A stretch of DNA of 64,000 nucleotides from Chrysomallon squamiferum (taxonomy: Eukaryota > Animalia > Mollusca). Below, in pieces: positions 41,522-54,534 of this stretch. The notes below the pieces were generated by a model that was given only the letters and a program-made list of their open reading frames with translations, made no database searches and was not told the DNA's origin. Location: NCBI GenBank assembly GCA_012295275.1, contig CM022671.1, positions 20,708,001-20,772,000 on the forward strand. The letters run 5' to 3'. Position 1 is the first letter of the stretch, and the number at the start of each line of letters is the position of its first letter. The position numbers and the translations under genes are program-made.

Positions 41522-43076
41522 ATGTCTGTTTTCGTTCCACTGTGTTTAAAAGTTTCTGCTACTTGGATGGGAATTCGCTGGCTGTGTCTTTTTTCTCATC
41601 GTAGTTTGTGCAAATATGACACAAATATCCTAGCTGTCTCAAGCGGAAAGGGAATAATTAAACTTCTGATGACATTTGATGCAGGTTTTATACACGATCA
41701 ACGCGAAATGAGAGGCAAGTCGTTAGTACGTGATCAAGGAATGCTTTTCGCATTAACCTTTGTCATCTTAATCCTTTTACAGAACGCGTCTTCAGTAAGA
41801 AATCTTACTTCCTCGAAAATCGTGAACGCTGTGGTGCCTGGAGACATTATTCTTGGAGGTTTGTTTCCCGTCCATCAAAAAGGAGAAGGGGAAAAGCCGT
41901 GTGGAGTGGTGAACCTTGACAGAGGGATAGAGAGGCTTGAAGCCATGTTATTTACCATAGATGAAATTAATAGAAACAATAGCGTTCTTCCAGGCATTAA
42001 ACTTGGCGCGTCCATTTACGACACGTGCGCCAGGGCAACTTACGCTTTAGAACAGTCTTTAGAATTCATTCGGGCCTCTTTTACGTCACTGGACGCCTCC
42101 GAATTTGTCTGCATGGACGGGTCTACAGCCCGGGCTAAACACGACCCCACAGCAGTGGCGGGCGTCATAGGAGGCTCCTACAGTACAGTTTCCATCCAGG
42201 TAGCTAATTTACTTAGACTATTTAAACTACCCCAAGTTAGCTATGCGTCTACTAGTGCTGCCCTTAGTGATAAAACAAGATTTGATTATTTCGTCCGGAC
42301 GGTACCCCCCGATACCCTTCAGGCAAAGGCTTTAGTGGACATCGTTCAAGAATTTAACTGGACTTATGTCTCTACAGTGGCCTCCGAAGGAGAATATGGA
42401 GAATCGGGTATAGACCAATTCCAACAAGAAGCGAGAGCAAGAAATATCTGCTTAGCGGCCACTGTTAAAATTCCTAGTAATTCTAATAACAAAACGTTTG
42501 ACAAAGTTATTGCGGAACTGTATCAGAAAACCAAGGCCAGTGTGGTGATTGTGTTCGTGAGGGTGGAACATGCAAAAGGATTACTGGATGCCGCAACGCG
42601 CAAAAACATAAGTGGTAGATTTGTGTGGATTGCAAGCGATGCCTGGGGCGGGAACCATAATCCTGTCAAAAACAATCATTTTGCAGCACAAGGAGCAATA
42701 ACATTAGAATTACAATCGAACCATTTAATTCCGTTCGAAGAATATTTCTTAAAATTAAAACCTCATACAAATAAAAGAAATCCGTGGTTCAAAGAATACT
42801 GGGCGGCTGTACATAAATGCAGATGGCGAGAAGACGTTCCCATACGTGACTTGAACGTTGTTAAATTATGCACTGGATATGAAATACTGAATCGAAAACT
42901 GTCTCAGCAGGAGGGGAAGGTTCAGTTTATCTACGATGCAGTGTACGCCATGGCTCTGGCCCTGGACAAAATGCAAAAAAAAATATGTCCCGGCACGATT
43001 CATCTCTGCCGTGAAATGTCGAAAATTGATGGACAAAAACTTTTTAAGGATTTCTTATCCAGCTTGTCTTTTGACG
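41522..43076 (+). CDS. GRM3: Group II metabotropic glutamate receptor (GRM2/GRM3-like), first coding exon: signal peptide and Venus-flytrap ligand-binding domain
   Basis: The ORF contains class C GPCR motifs GDIILGGLFPVH, DRGIERLEAMLF, GGSYSTVSIQVANLLRLF, PQVSYASTS, RTVPPD, NWTYVSTVASEGEYGESG, WIASDAWG, RNPWFKEYW and KVQFIYDAVYAMA. GGSYS and SYASTS are group II-like. The exon ends at donor GACG|GTAAGT (intron starts 43077), so the last ORF-track residues GKFFFYLSVLR are intron read-through. The true start is uncertain: 41522 is the first in-frame ATG, but the hydrophobic signal peptide follows ATG 41708 or 41741. The symbol is a nearest-vertebrate label only; an invertebrate gene would be co-orthologous to GRM2 and GRM3. 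Confidence 0.95.
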
Positions 43077-43728
43077 GTAAGTTTTTCTTTTATCTTTCTG
43101 TTCTGAGGTAATCTTAATTTTGCTGTTATCTTTATTATTCCTGTCAAATTATTCTCACGAAAGAAGGAGAAAACGAGGTTAGATAATAACTAAGTAATTT
43201 AAAAAGTTACTAATTAGCATCTTTTTTTTTTTTTTTTAAAAATATTATAAATATAATTATGTCAATTATCATAAAACATATCTGTCAGAAAACTGATAAC
43301 TAAATGAAGAGAAAAATATAAAGATGAATCCTATAAATATCTCATAAAAAGGAAACAAAATTATTATTATTATTTTTTTTAAAGTTTAAAAACCTCCAAA
43401 AATTAAGTCAATAACAACAAATTATCAATAGTTAATTACAATTTTTTTAATTTCCTAATTTTTTTCTCCTCGATTTTTTTTCTTCTCATCATTATGATCA
43501 GTTCTAGACTACATATTTTTAAAACTGTATTTTCTTGCAATTATATACATGTATTTAGATATGTGTGAATATTTAAGTTTTTTTTTTTTTTTTTTAAAGT
43601 GGAACTATTACAGATAATACAGTAAAACAGTAGACTATTTTTCATTCTAAAAATCATGTGAAATATAAAATTTGATATCAGCTATAATAAATTTGAGAAA
43701 TTTTTTTTTAGATTTGTTATTTGCGTGA

Positions 43729-44130
43729 TGTTGAATTTGATGTTAATTTATAACTTGCTTAAACTCATTTGACTTGTTCACATATAGCATAATACACACG
43801 TGTTGAATTTGATGTTAATTTATAACCTGCCTAAACATATTTGACTTATTTGCATAAGACACGTATAGTACAAAACGTTATGTTGAATATGGTCTTCTTT
43901 TGTAACCATTTGAATTATTCACATATAACACATATATTATTTTATATAATCAGCGACATTATTTTTTTGACTTGTTATAACATATAAAAGGCTCGTTGTT
44001 TTGAATTTTATTTTGTTCTGTAAATTGTGTAACCACTGTTGAGTTATTGATATATGCAGTGCAGTATGTTAACTTGAATTTGGTCTTACCGTGTAATCCG
44101 TGTAACCGTAATTTGCGTTATTCTCATATA
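43729..44130. repeat. Degenerate about 72-80 bp tandem repeat in the intron
   Basis: TGTTGAATTTGATGTTAATTTATAAC is exact at 43729 and 43801, with diverged units at about 43881, 44000 and 44073. Confidence 0.7.
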
Positions 44131-44318
44131 TACTACAGTTAAAACACGTTCCACGGTTTTCCGATTAGACAGAATTTGATTGTTTAGTACAACCTCACGT
44201 ACGATACCACTTAGAAGCTATAACACAAATTATACACAGATAATTCTAACCTCAAGTATCAATATGACCATACTGTATGTATATTTACACAAACTTTATA
44301 AAAGTTGTACTAGTACTG

Positions 44319-44384
<66 letters not shown>

Positions 44385-44943
44385 GTTGTAGTATTAATAG
44401 TAGCATCGGCAGCAGTAGTAGTTATAGTAGTAGTAGTTGTTGCTATAGTAATAGTAGTGGTAGTAGTACTAGTTAAAGGAGGAGGAGGATAAGTAGTGGT
44501 AGTAATAGAAGTAATACAACGGCAAAACAAAACAATTAAAATCAAAAAATCTTAGCAACAACAACAACAAAAGAAACCAAAAAAAACAACAACAACAACA
44601 ACAACAAAAACACTAGCACGAACAAAACTGCAAAAAAGTTTTTAAATGGCTACATTGACAAATAGAGTGAAACAGTAAAAAAAATATTTCTACATCAAAG
44701 GGACTCTGACTTTTTCCCAGATTGGTCATCACGTACTCGTGCCGAAATGAACTCGAAACCATTTCTCTTCTTACGTCGTTCGCAATCAAATCAAAATACT
44801 GTTTTCTTATTTTTTTTTAAATTTATTTGTGTGTTCACGGTCCATGGAGGCAAAGACATGCTGTGTTGGAGTATTACATTTCACACATACACAAAGTGAA
44901 TTAATTGTTAATTAAAAAAAGAGTCTAAATTCTTTAAAAAGAG

Positions 44944-44984
<41 letters not shown>

Positions 44985-45735
44985 TCCCAAGTTTTATTTT
45001 ATATATATCAGTCTAAAGTTGAAGAAAAGTACAGAGGATCACAAATGTAGTAAAATAAACATAGTGGCAGTAGCAGTGGTAATAACAGCAATAGTAACGG
45101 ACGTAGCAGTAGAAGCGACAGTAGTAGAAGTAATAATAATAATAATAATAATAGTATGATGATGCTGATGCTGATGATGATGATGACAATGCTGATCATG
45201 ATGAGAGTAAAATACAATCGTACGTAGCAACAACAACAAAAATGAAAGGAATAATATTTAGAGTATTTCTACACAGCTCAAGAAAACATCAGATCATTTG
45301 AAGTTTCAGTACATGGAATTAAACATATACAGGAGATATTTAACCTTTGTTAGTTGGAATAAGCCTCCGGTAATGTCATAGGTCGGGTTTTGTTAAAATC
45401 AAGGCAATAGAAATAAGGTTATCAAACGGAAACCACGTTCCTTCTTCTTCAGAAAATTAACTTTTGTAGAATTTTGTTCTGACCTTTAGTTGACACGATC
45501 TAATTTCAATATGTCCTTTTCTATCGAGACTTCATGTTGTGAATCCATGATTCTTAAAAACGTATCATCTGAGATTTGTCATGATGATTCAAATAGAGTA
45601 GACTCTCTTGCCTGACACTCAGCAGTGTTGTTTCTTGTTTTCTTTTCTTTTTTCCAGAAATTACTGAGTGACGTTATTATTATTAAAAAAGATGAAACAA
45701 TAACAACAACAACAACAACACACACACACACACAC

Positions 45736-45797
<62 letters not shown>

Positions 45798-46249
45798 GTC
45801 TGTAATTATATCTATGTCTGTCTCTGTCTGTATAGAACGTTATACTAATATGAACAGATTGTCTCTGATTGTGAATATACAGAATATCTCTTTTAGTTAA
45901 TTACTATTAAGTAACAATGATTAAAAAAAATTGTTTTGCAATCACCACATATATTTGCTCTCACATAACGTGTTCTACGTCATTCTTAAAATATGTTTCG
46001 GACTAAGGTTCTCGAGCAACCATATTTTAGAGGGTCTTGTTCTGAATTGTGTTTGACCTTTGTCACACATCACATGGTAAATATTAGGTTACTGAATATC
46101 TGCCCACTGGAATCTGAATAAATCTCACTGATCAGAGACGAAGGGACAAACAGAACTGGAAGTAAGAACAAAATCGATGACTCTCTGAACCAGCCAAACA
46201 GCCTGGACATAGTTTCGTATTAACTATTAGATTTAATAATAATAATAAT

Positions 46250-46284
<35 letters not shown>

Positions 46285-46632
46285 TAATAATAATAAAAAA
46301 AATAATAATAAAAAATAATGATAATAATGGTAGTAGTAGTAGTAGTAGTAGAAGTAGTAGTAGTAGTAGGAGAACTAGTAGTATTAGTATTAGTAGTAGC
46401 ATAATTAGTAATTAACAACAATAATATTAACATGAAGAACTGAAAACGAAGTAGTAGTTACAGTATTCCAACATTTGAATAACTGTGGTAGTAGCAGTAT
46501 CAGCAGCAGTAGCAGCAGCAGCAGCAGGTGCAGTAGAAATAGTAATAATAGTAGTGTAGTAGAAATGGAATTAATGATAGTAGTATATGATGAAGTTTGT
46601 TGATGATGATGATCATTATTATGATTTCAGTA

Positions 46633-46668
<36 letters not shown>

Positions 46669-47189
46669 GTAGTAGTAGTAGTAGTAATGAAGATTATGAT
46701 GACGATGCTGATGACGATAAATAAATAAAAAAAAAACATACAATAACAAGGAAAATACTGGTAACAGTCGCAGCAGCAGAAACAACACAAAACGAAATCT
46801 TAATAACAAAATATCTTCTGAGATTAAATCAATGGATTGTATTGACTTCGTTAAACATTAATATAAGCTACTCAGTTGTTGTGTGTTTTTTTCTTTTTAC
46901 TAAAGAATTCCGATGATTAGAAATGACAAAACAGTCTTATAAGAAGGGCGGAGCGAAATCTTTGGGTAGTGATAAAAACAATATTACACTCGTATGGCCA
47001 CCATAGACAGCAGTGTCACCCAGATATAATGAAAACAACGAAGGAAGGATAAATCAGTGTATAATGACTTAAAAACAGTTTTGAAATACAACATTAAAAA
47101 CACATTGTACTATTATTATTATTATTATTATTTTATTTAATTTTTTTTTTTTATTTATTATTATTTTTTAATAGAGGATATTTACAGTA

Positions 47190-47300
47190 CCCACTCAAGT
47201 TAGCATAAAAAGAAATTTTTTTTATGACTCATCTCATAGAGATAAAAAAATCCAACAAATCAAAGGCTTTGATAAACGGTCATGGAAAAACAGGCAAGCA
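47190..47300 (-). mobile_element. Degenerate SINE central-domain fragment
   Basis: TTTTATGACTCATCTC...GGCTTTGATAAACGGTCATGG aligns by eye with TTTTATACGCATCTT...GACTTTGATAAACCAGCCGTGT at 23406-23467. Confidence 0.4.
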
Positions 47301-48427
47301 TAGTAATCAAAGAAATCGAAGAATTAATCTGTGCGTTTAACATTTTCATGTTTTTGCATACTTCAGTTACAAAAAGCATATTTGATTATTTACTTTCATC
47401 TTTAAAAAACAACAACAAAAAAAACCCAACAACAACAACAAGCTTTTAAAATGCTGTTAGTATTTGACATTTTAGAAACGTTTCTCTTATAAGGTCATTG
47501 GTGTTGATGTTTTACTGAAGCATTCGTTACTAGTCTCAGAATAAAGTACTTTTCTGATCATGTTGTGCACCAGGTTAAGGGTTGGCAGTAATCAAGTTAA
47601 TAAAACATTGCTGTTGTCAGTGTCTCTTTAGTATTTCCTTATATATAGATCCATAACATTATATATATCTTTTGAAAACGTTATTTTCATTCCAATCTTT
47701 TATTTATTTCTTTAAAAATAATATTTTTACACACATACACGTACACGTTGGTAAATTTACACTTACATACATACACGCATACACACATCCATGCATACAT
47801 ACATAGAGATACATACATACCTACATACGTACAACCACACATATACGTATATACACATATACACATATACATACACACATACATACACTCACATACATAC
47901 ATACATTCACCAATTTAATCATTTAACTAGTCTAAGGGACAATAATACCTAGTTTGTTCAAGTATACATATACAATCAGTGCCAAGATTTGTACGTTATT
48001 TTTTCTTTAATAGAACTTTTTCTTATATCGTAATTAAAAATACATGCATTTGTACTGGAAAGTCTTGATGACTTTCGATTTGTTGATAGATGGAAAGCAG
48101 ATCGCATGATTATGTCAGCCTAACATGGTAGGTTTTCTGATATCATTTCATGCAACATGCATTGCGCAGGTTGCTCGATTTGAATCGTAAGAAAATTAAC
48201 TTAAATAATATATGCTAAAATAATGAATGAATGAAACAAACAAACAAACAAACAAACAAACAAACAAACAAACAAACAAACAAATAAACAAATAAATAAA
48301 CAAATAAATAAATTAATAATATGCATGTCTTTTTTCCTGAACGAACATTGTGAAATTCAAAGAATAATTTTCTGTGCAAAAATCAAATTAAATAGGTTAA
48401 GAAACTATGAAAGAAACAAAGAAACAA

Positions 48428-48643
48428 ACATACCTACCTACCTACCTACATACGTACGTACATAAATATATACATATATTCATAAATAAATGGAGACACA
48501 TTCATACATACAAAACTGCACAGTCGTATCAATACACATATATACATACATACATACATATACACATACTTACATACATACATACATACATAGATACATA
48601 CACACATAAATACATGCATACATACGTACATACATACATACAT

Positions 48644-48686
<43 letters not shown>

Positions 48687-48700
48687 TACATACATATGCA
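48428..48700. repeat. Degenerate (TACA)n/(TA)n tract
   Basis: Direct reading; similar tracts occur at 19645-19830, 47730-47905 and 52570-52760. Confidence 0.9.
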
Positions 48701-50155
48701 TGATTAATAATAAAACAATAAAAAATAAAAATAATAATAATTAACTTGATTCGAAGCATTGTGACCTGCAGCTTGCCCCGGTGATGTTTACACCTACTGA
48801 CCGTTGGTGGAACAAAATCATGTTGTATTATTTTATAAAATAGGCAAATGCATAACACTTTGAACATATCTCTTTTGTTTCTGGGGATATTTTATTTTCA
48901 GTGCTGTAATTGGAAATGATGCCATGATTTATTTAAAATGCATTCCATTTAATTTAATTCTTTTCGCTGTTGTTATGTTTGAATTTTATCTTAGTGGTTA
49001 TGCTGTGACAATTTTTTCTGTGTAATATAGAAATGCATTGTTTTGCATGTAATTATGTTCTCTTACATCCATTTCAGTAAATATAAACTAGGAAATGCAT
49101 GTTTCTGGTCCAGATAATGGTTGTGTAGATTCATTATTTGTGTGTTTGCATATTTATTATTTATTTATGTCTTATATTATATGTTTATAATATTACACTA
49201 CATTAGCAGTTCAGTACATTATATGACATTATTTTATAGTACATAACTCTGTATTATACCAGTATTATATTTGATATTCTAACTTAACAGGGATTAAACT
49301 GACTTCTTAAGACAGTATCTAATTATTCCTTTTATACTGTTCTACGTCATATAGTATTGAATTGTACTGATTTATTTATTTATTGTTTCTGATTTGACAT
49401 ATTTAGATAAATGATGTAAAACAGATATATGTTATCTCTTTCACTTTTTCATAACAATTAAAAAGAATGACATGCCAGTTTATTATCATTTGAAGACATT
49501 AGAAGTTGAACGTTTTCATATGTATTCATTTTTGTGGGCATTCTTCATTCTTTAAATAATAATTCTGTTCAGCAGCTTTATATTTTGAATTCAGCTTCGC
49601 TAAGCTTCAGGAAGATTGAAATATTACCGTAGAATCTGCAAGGATTTAAACTAGCGTCCATTTATTCTAATGCCATCAGCGATTTTCAAAATACCATTTG
49701 TAAAATGCAGTCACATATAAATTAAAAAAACATCAAAAAATTTCTTTGCATATTGCAAAGTCATCTTTCATCACAATAGTGAATGTTCTGGTCTACTATT
49801 AAAGATTTTTTTGCTTTTTTTTTTCCCTCAAAGAACAACTATGAAAAGAGAGTCAATTCCATTGTAAAAAATTAAAAGACAATTATTTTTCTTTATTTCG
49901 ATCAATGCTGAGGTTTATTATCGTCTGAAATAATAAATTAATGATAACACACGTTTGTTGAATCCGTTCTGTATGTATCTGAATTTCTTTTACAAATCAA
50001 TATCTTGACAAAGAAAACTGAAAATGTACAATATTTGTTTGTTAGCAAAAGAAAATCAATTGTTTTCCGAGACCGATATTCGAACAACAACAACAACAAA
50101 AACAACAGCAAAAAAACAAACAAAAAACAACAACAAAAAACCCAAACAAAAACAC

Positions 50156-50212
<57 letters not shown>

Positions 50213-50469
50213 CTCTGAAAGTGATTAGTAGGATATGTCGGTTGTGTCAGTGAATTGTATTCTTAACATATTCAGATCATAAATGATTTATATTATCAGT
50301 GGGCCTGGTTGCTCTCCTTTCTTTTATTATGATGAAACGTATTAAGTCAAGGTATAGGAATTTTACATCCAGAGTTTTGTGTCATTAAAAGGAAAATTCT
50401 TCTTTTTTTTTTCTTTTTTTTTTCGCGCTATCGACATCATAGTACCGAGCCAAATCTCAGGATATTAGG

Positions 50470-50640
50470 ACATTATTTTTAATAAAGGCATTGGTTTTAT
50501 GACAATGTTTTAAATGAAGTTATTGGATTTTACGTCAATATTTTTAACGAAGTTCCTTGATGTTACGATAATATTTTTAATGAGGATATTTTATTTCACG
50601 TTAATATTTTAAATAAAATGTCTGGTCTTTTAGAACAAGA
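50470..50640. repeat. Degenerate about 31-bp minisatellite
   Basis: TTTTAA(T/C)GAAG..ATTG..TTTTACG..AATATT-like units recur about five times. Confidence 0.5.
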
Positions 50641-52104
50641 TTACTAACAGAAGTATTTATAATTTAGAACTACTACAACAACAACAACAACAACAACTAC
50701 TACTACCATTACTTTGCTGCTACGTCTGATAATAATAATGATAATAGTAATAATATTTCTGTCAATAGTAATAACAACCACTATCACCAAAACAACGACG
50801 ACGACAACAACAACAACAATAATAACAATAAAGATGATGATGTTGATGCTGATGACGATATTGTAATTATAATAATTATAATAATAATAGGAATGTTTTT
50901 CAAACTAATTAATTAGTAGAGGTGTTAACGTATTGTATTTTGCGAATAATCGACATTGTTCATCATTATAAACTATCTGTCTTGTTCTGCACGTCAGTTT
51001 GATTAATGCATTAACATAACTACACGACGAAACGATCTGCTGTTACTAAAATTATTTACATTATTCTTGTCCATTGTTAAAATATTACAATTTATGTGTT
51101 AACATAATACTTTACACTGATACGATATTACACTGACATATAAACCAAGATTAAATACTTATGAAAGATTTGTTCCTAATAGCTGTGTCATATCCATTAT
51201 TTACTATATGGAAAGATAATTTAATAGAGTAGAGTGATACTGGATTAATAAGAAGATTATTATGTGTCTCGCCAGCGACTTTCAAACTGAAAATTTACTC
51301 TTAGGTTTAGACATGACATATCCAACGGTGACCAATTAGCGCATCCTGTTGTCGTAGACAGGTTTAAACAAAATTATTTCTAACCAGCAGTGCCAAAGTT
51401 TAATTAAACGAAGACATTGACATGCAGATTTTGATTACATAATTACACTCGATTAAATACGTTATTCATTGAGAGCAGTGATCCTGTCATTCATAACGGG
51501 AAGCTGGAGTTTGTCTTTATGTTTTAATCCTCACTTGCAAATCACTCGGTCGTTCAAAACGTGCCGTTATGCAGAAGTCGTATTTATTACGTGTATCACA
51601 ATTCTGTCTGACATGATGTGCCTTTTTTTTAAATCATAAAGTATTTCCTGGCTAATTAATAACCTGCTATCTGCATACTAAGACAACTCTGAGTTTTAAA
51701 GTGTACATGTCGCAGTGAGAATAAACAGGATAATAAAATTAAGGCTTGTAAAGTTATTAATTTTATTGTTTTGGGCGACGGTTCGTCGTCCACAGAAAAG
51801 CATGGCTACGATATAATACTGATATAAAACATCTGAACATTTTAACACTTCGCAACTGAAGTGATGACGTTATCACGTACCATAAGGACGAATAGTGTAC
51901 ATTTTCTTACAGAAGAACTTTAGATAAAATTTAAGAGCTAACTGGGTGTTATTATTATGATTATTATTATCAACCAAAAAATCTCTTTCAATGACGCTAT
52001 TGAATTAATTGGCCGATTTTTTGATCAACTGAAACAGAATCATTATTTTTTTTTATGTCAGTTTGTTTATTTAGTGAAAGCACTGACTATTGCTATCGAT
52101 ATCG

Positions 52105-52275
52105 TATCTTTTACATCGAGTAGAAAAGAACGGTCATAGCTAGATCACCAATGCAAAACTTTTACTAAACCAGTCGTTTTACTGCAAAGTGAAATGCACC
52201 AAGGAGAGGAACCAATGAGGACTTGTTCAAGGAGAAGTCAAGCCTCACGAGACCACTCTAACCACTGAGCTGTAA
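52105..52275 (-). mobile_element. Degenerate tRNA-derived SINE in the mGluR intron
   Basis: The minus-strand head CAGCTCAGTGGTTAGAGTG (52254-52272) is Pol III A-box-like. CTTTTACTAAACCAGTCG at 52159 resembles CTTTGATAAACCAGCCG at 23448. Confidence 0.55.
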
Positions 52276-53241
52276 CATGCTGTCGGGCACTCATAAAGGG
52301 ATAATAATGTGCAGTAATCAAGTATTCTGTACGAACCTCTGCAGTGTGTTAAACAGGACAGACATCGTGTGTAATCTATCTGGTGAGCTTCACGTACTAA
52401 CGAGATGTACAGATATAATCAAACATATCCTTGGGCAGGCTCGAAGCTGCCCGATGAGCACTGATTGAAAATTTCCAGATGCGGCTGTCCTTTATAGATT
52501 TATAAGCAATATATAAAACTTGCTTGAGTGTGCATGTATATTTTATATACTGTATATGGTTTATGTAAATTATGTATGCATACATGCATGCATGAGTTTG
52601 TGTATGTCTTTATGTATGTATGTATATATGTGTCTATCTATGTATGTACGTATGTATGTATGTATGTCTGATTGTCTGAAAGTGTGTGTCTGTATGTACC
52701 GTATGTTCGTATGTATGTCTGTGTATATGTGCATATATATTTGTATGCCTGTGTATGTCGATATCAATGTTTTTTAAGATACACATATACTTGTCGATAA
52801 TTGTTTTACTTCAGTGTGACAATATAAAAATATATCATATGATGCTTGACTGCTATACATGCTTGTGTTCTAAACATGTAAAACGTTCTTTATATTTATT
52901 TTTATCTTTAATATTGGATACTTATTAATAGTTAACCGTTTGGTTGTAGTGTATCTCATGTATGCCTGATTAAAGCAGTGTCAATATATTGATGGACTCT
53001 TCTGTAATCTGGATATATGTAGACTTTGATCAATACAAGTAGTTTGTTTATTTGTCCTCATAGATGTAACTTTGTCAGTAACAAAAATATAATATACACA
53101 TATTTATAGATATGCTTCGTAAAATAATGCTGATGCCATTATGATAAAGTTTTATATACAAGAACATACTTGGAAGTGATAGAAATGTAAAGAATAATTG
53201 GCTAAAATAAGACAAATTGTGTGTATGTGTTTGTGTGTGTG

Positions 53242-53243
<2 letters not shown>

Positions 53244-53296
<53 letters not shown>

Positions 53297-53322
53297 GAGA
53301 GAGAGAGAGAGAGAGAGAGAGA
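53244..53322. repeat. (GA)n microsatellite
   Basis: Direct reading. Confidence 0.95.
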
Positions 53323-54458
53323 TTGGAGTGGGAGGAAGACAGTTATAAAGTTTAGTTAGAAGAGCATCTTAGTACGACTGTCTGGCATAGAAAGAACTGA
53401 AGCGTGGAAGCTAATAAACCATTTGTATTAAAACGTTGCAGTTCTGTTTTCCTAGCATTATTATCTATAAGATAGATACGACAGATGTAGTATTTCCCTT
53501 TGCATACTACAGTTGTTGTATTTAGGCATAAAACTCGAACTGGGGGACAGCATTATCAAGAAAGGTTACGTGTTAAAACATATAAGTGTTCTTAGAAAGG
53601 AACGAAGTCCATTTATCATCAATAATATAATATGTCCGCCAGGTTCGTTCTAAATACATGTAGTCTTATTTAACCCGTGTTGAGTTGTTTTGTCATTCAT
53701 TATGCGCCAATGCGGCCGCACGGTGCTGTTAATAAGGCAAATCTCCGATGGCGATGGACAAGCAAGTATTAAATAAGATTTTCGTTATGAAAGAATTAAA
53801 TCGATCGACTTTGTTCGAGACGTGTCTCGTACAGACCCGCGCTGCCTTGTAGCTCGCGTTCTAGCCTCTCCTGTTTTTTCCCGAGAGACAATGTACTAAT
53901 TTCTAGTAGAAACACAACATTCGTCCCAAACGTGCAATTTATACCGTCTCAAGCTTGTCCTATTAGTGTTTTTAAGACTAAGCGATAGAAATTCATATCG
54001 ATCAAAAACAATATACCTTTTTTTTCTCCTTTTCCGAGAACAAATCAGATATTTTATTGACTTCGTTGACAAATGGATATAAAGCGACACATTTACTGAT
54101 GTCTTCGGTCGAACATCGCAGACACCATTCATAGAGAATACTTCATTTGCTGTTTAGAAAGTTCAGAAATATTGCTGAAAGCAATATCTGCCAATAAAGA
54201 ATAATGTAAAATGTAATTCAATTTTCAACGAAATATTATTATTTATATTTTGATGAACAAATGCATTAGGAATGGTTTCCTTGACATCAAGATATTTCCA
54301 AAATAGATATATAAATGGAAGTGTTTTATTCATAAAAGCCATAAGTAAACATATACCTAGATCTCGTAAAGATGAATGTTGAATTTTATCGTATGAGTAT
54401 CTTTTGGTTAATGTTCATTTATTCGTTTTTGAAGTTATACAGAAAACAGACTGATTAA

Positions 54459-54534
<76 letters not shown>

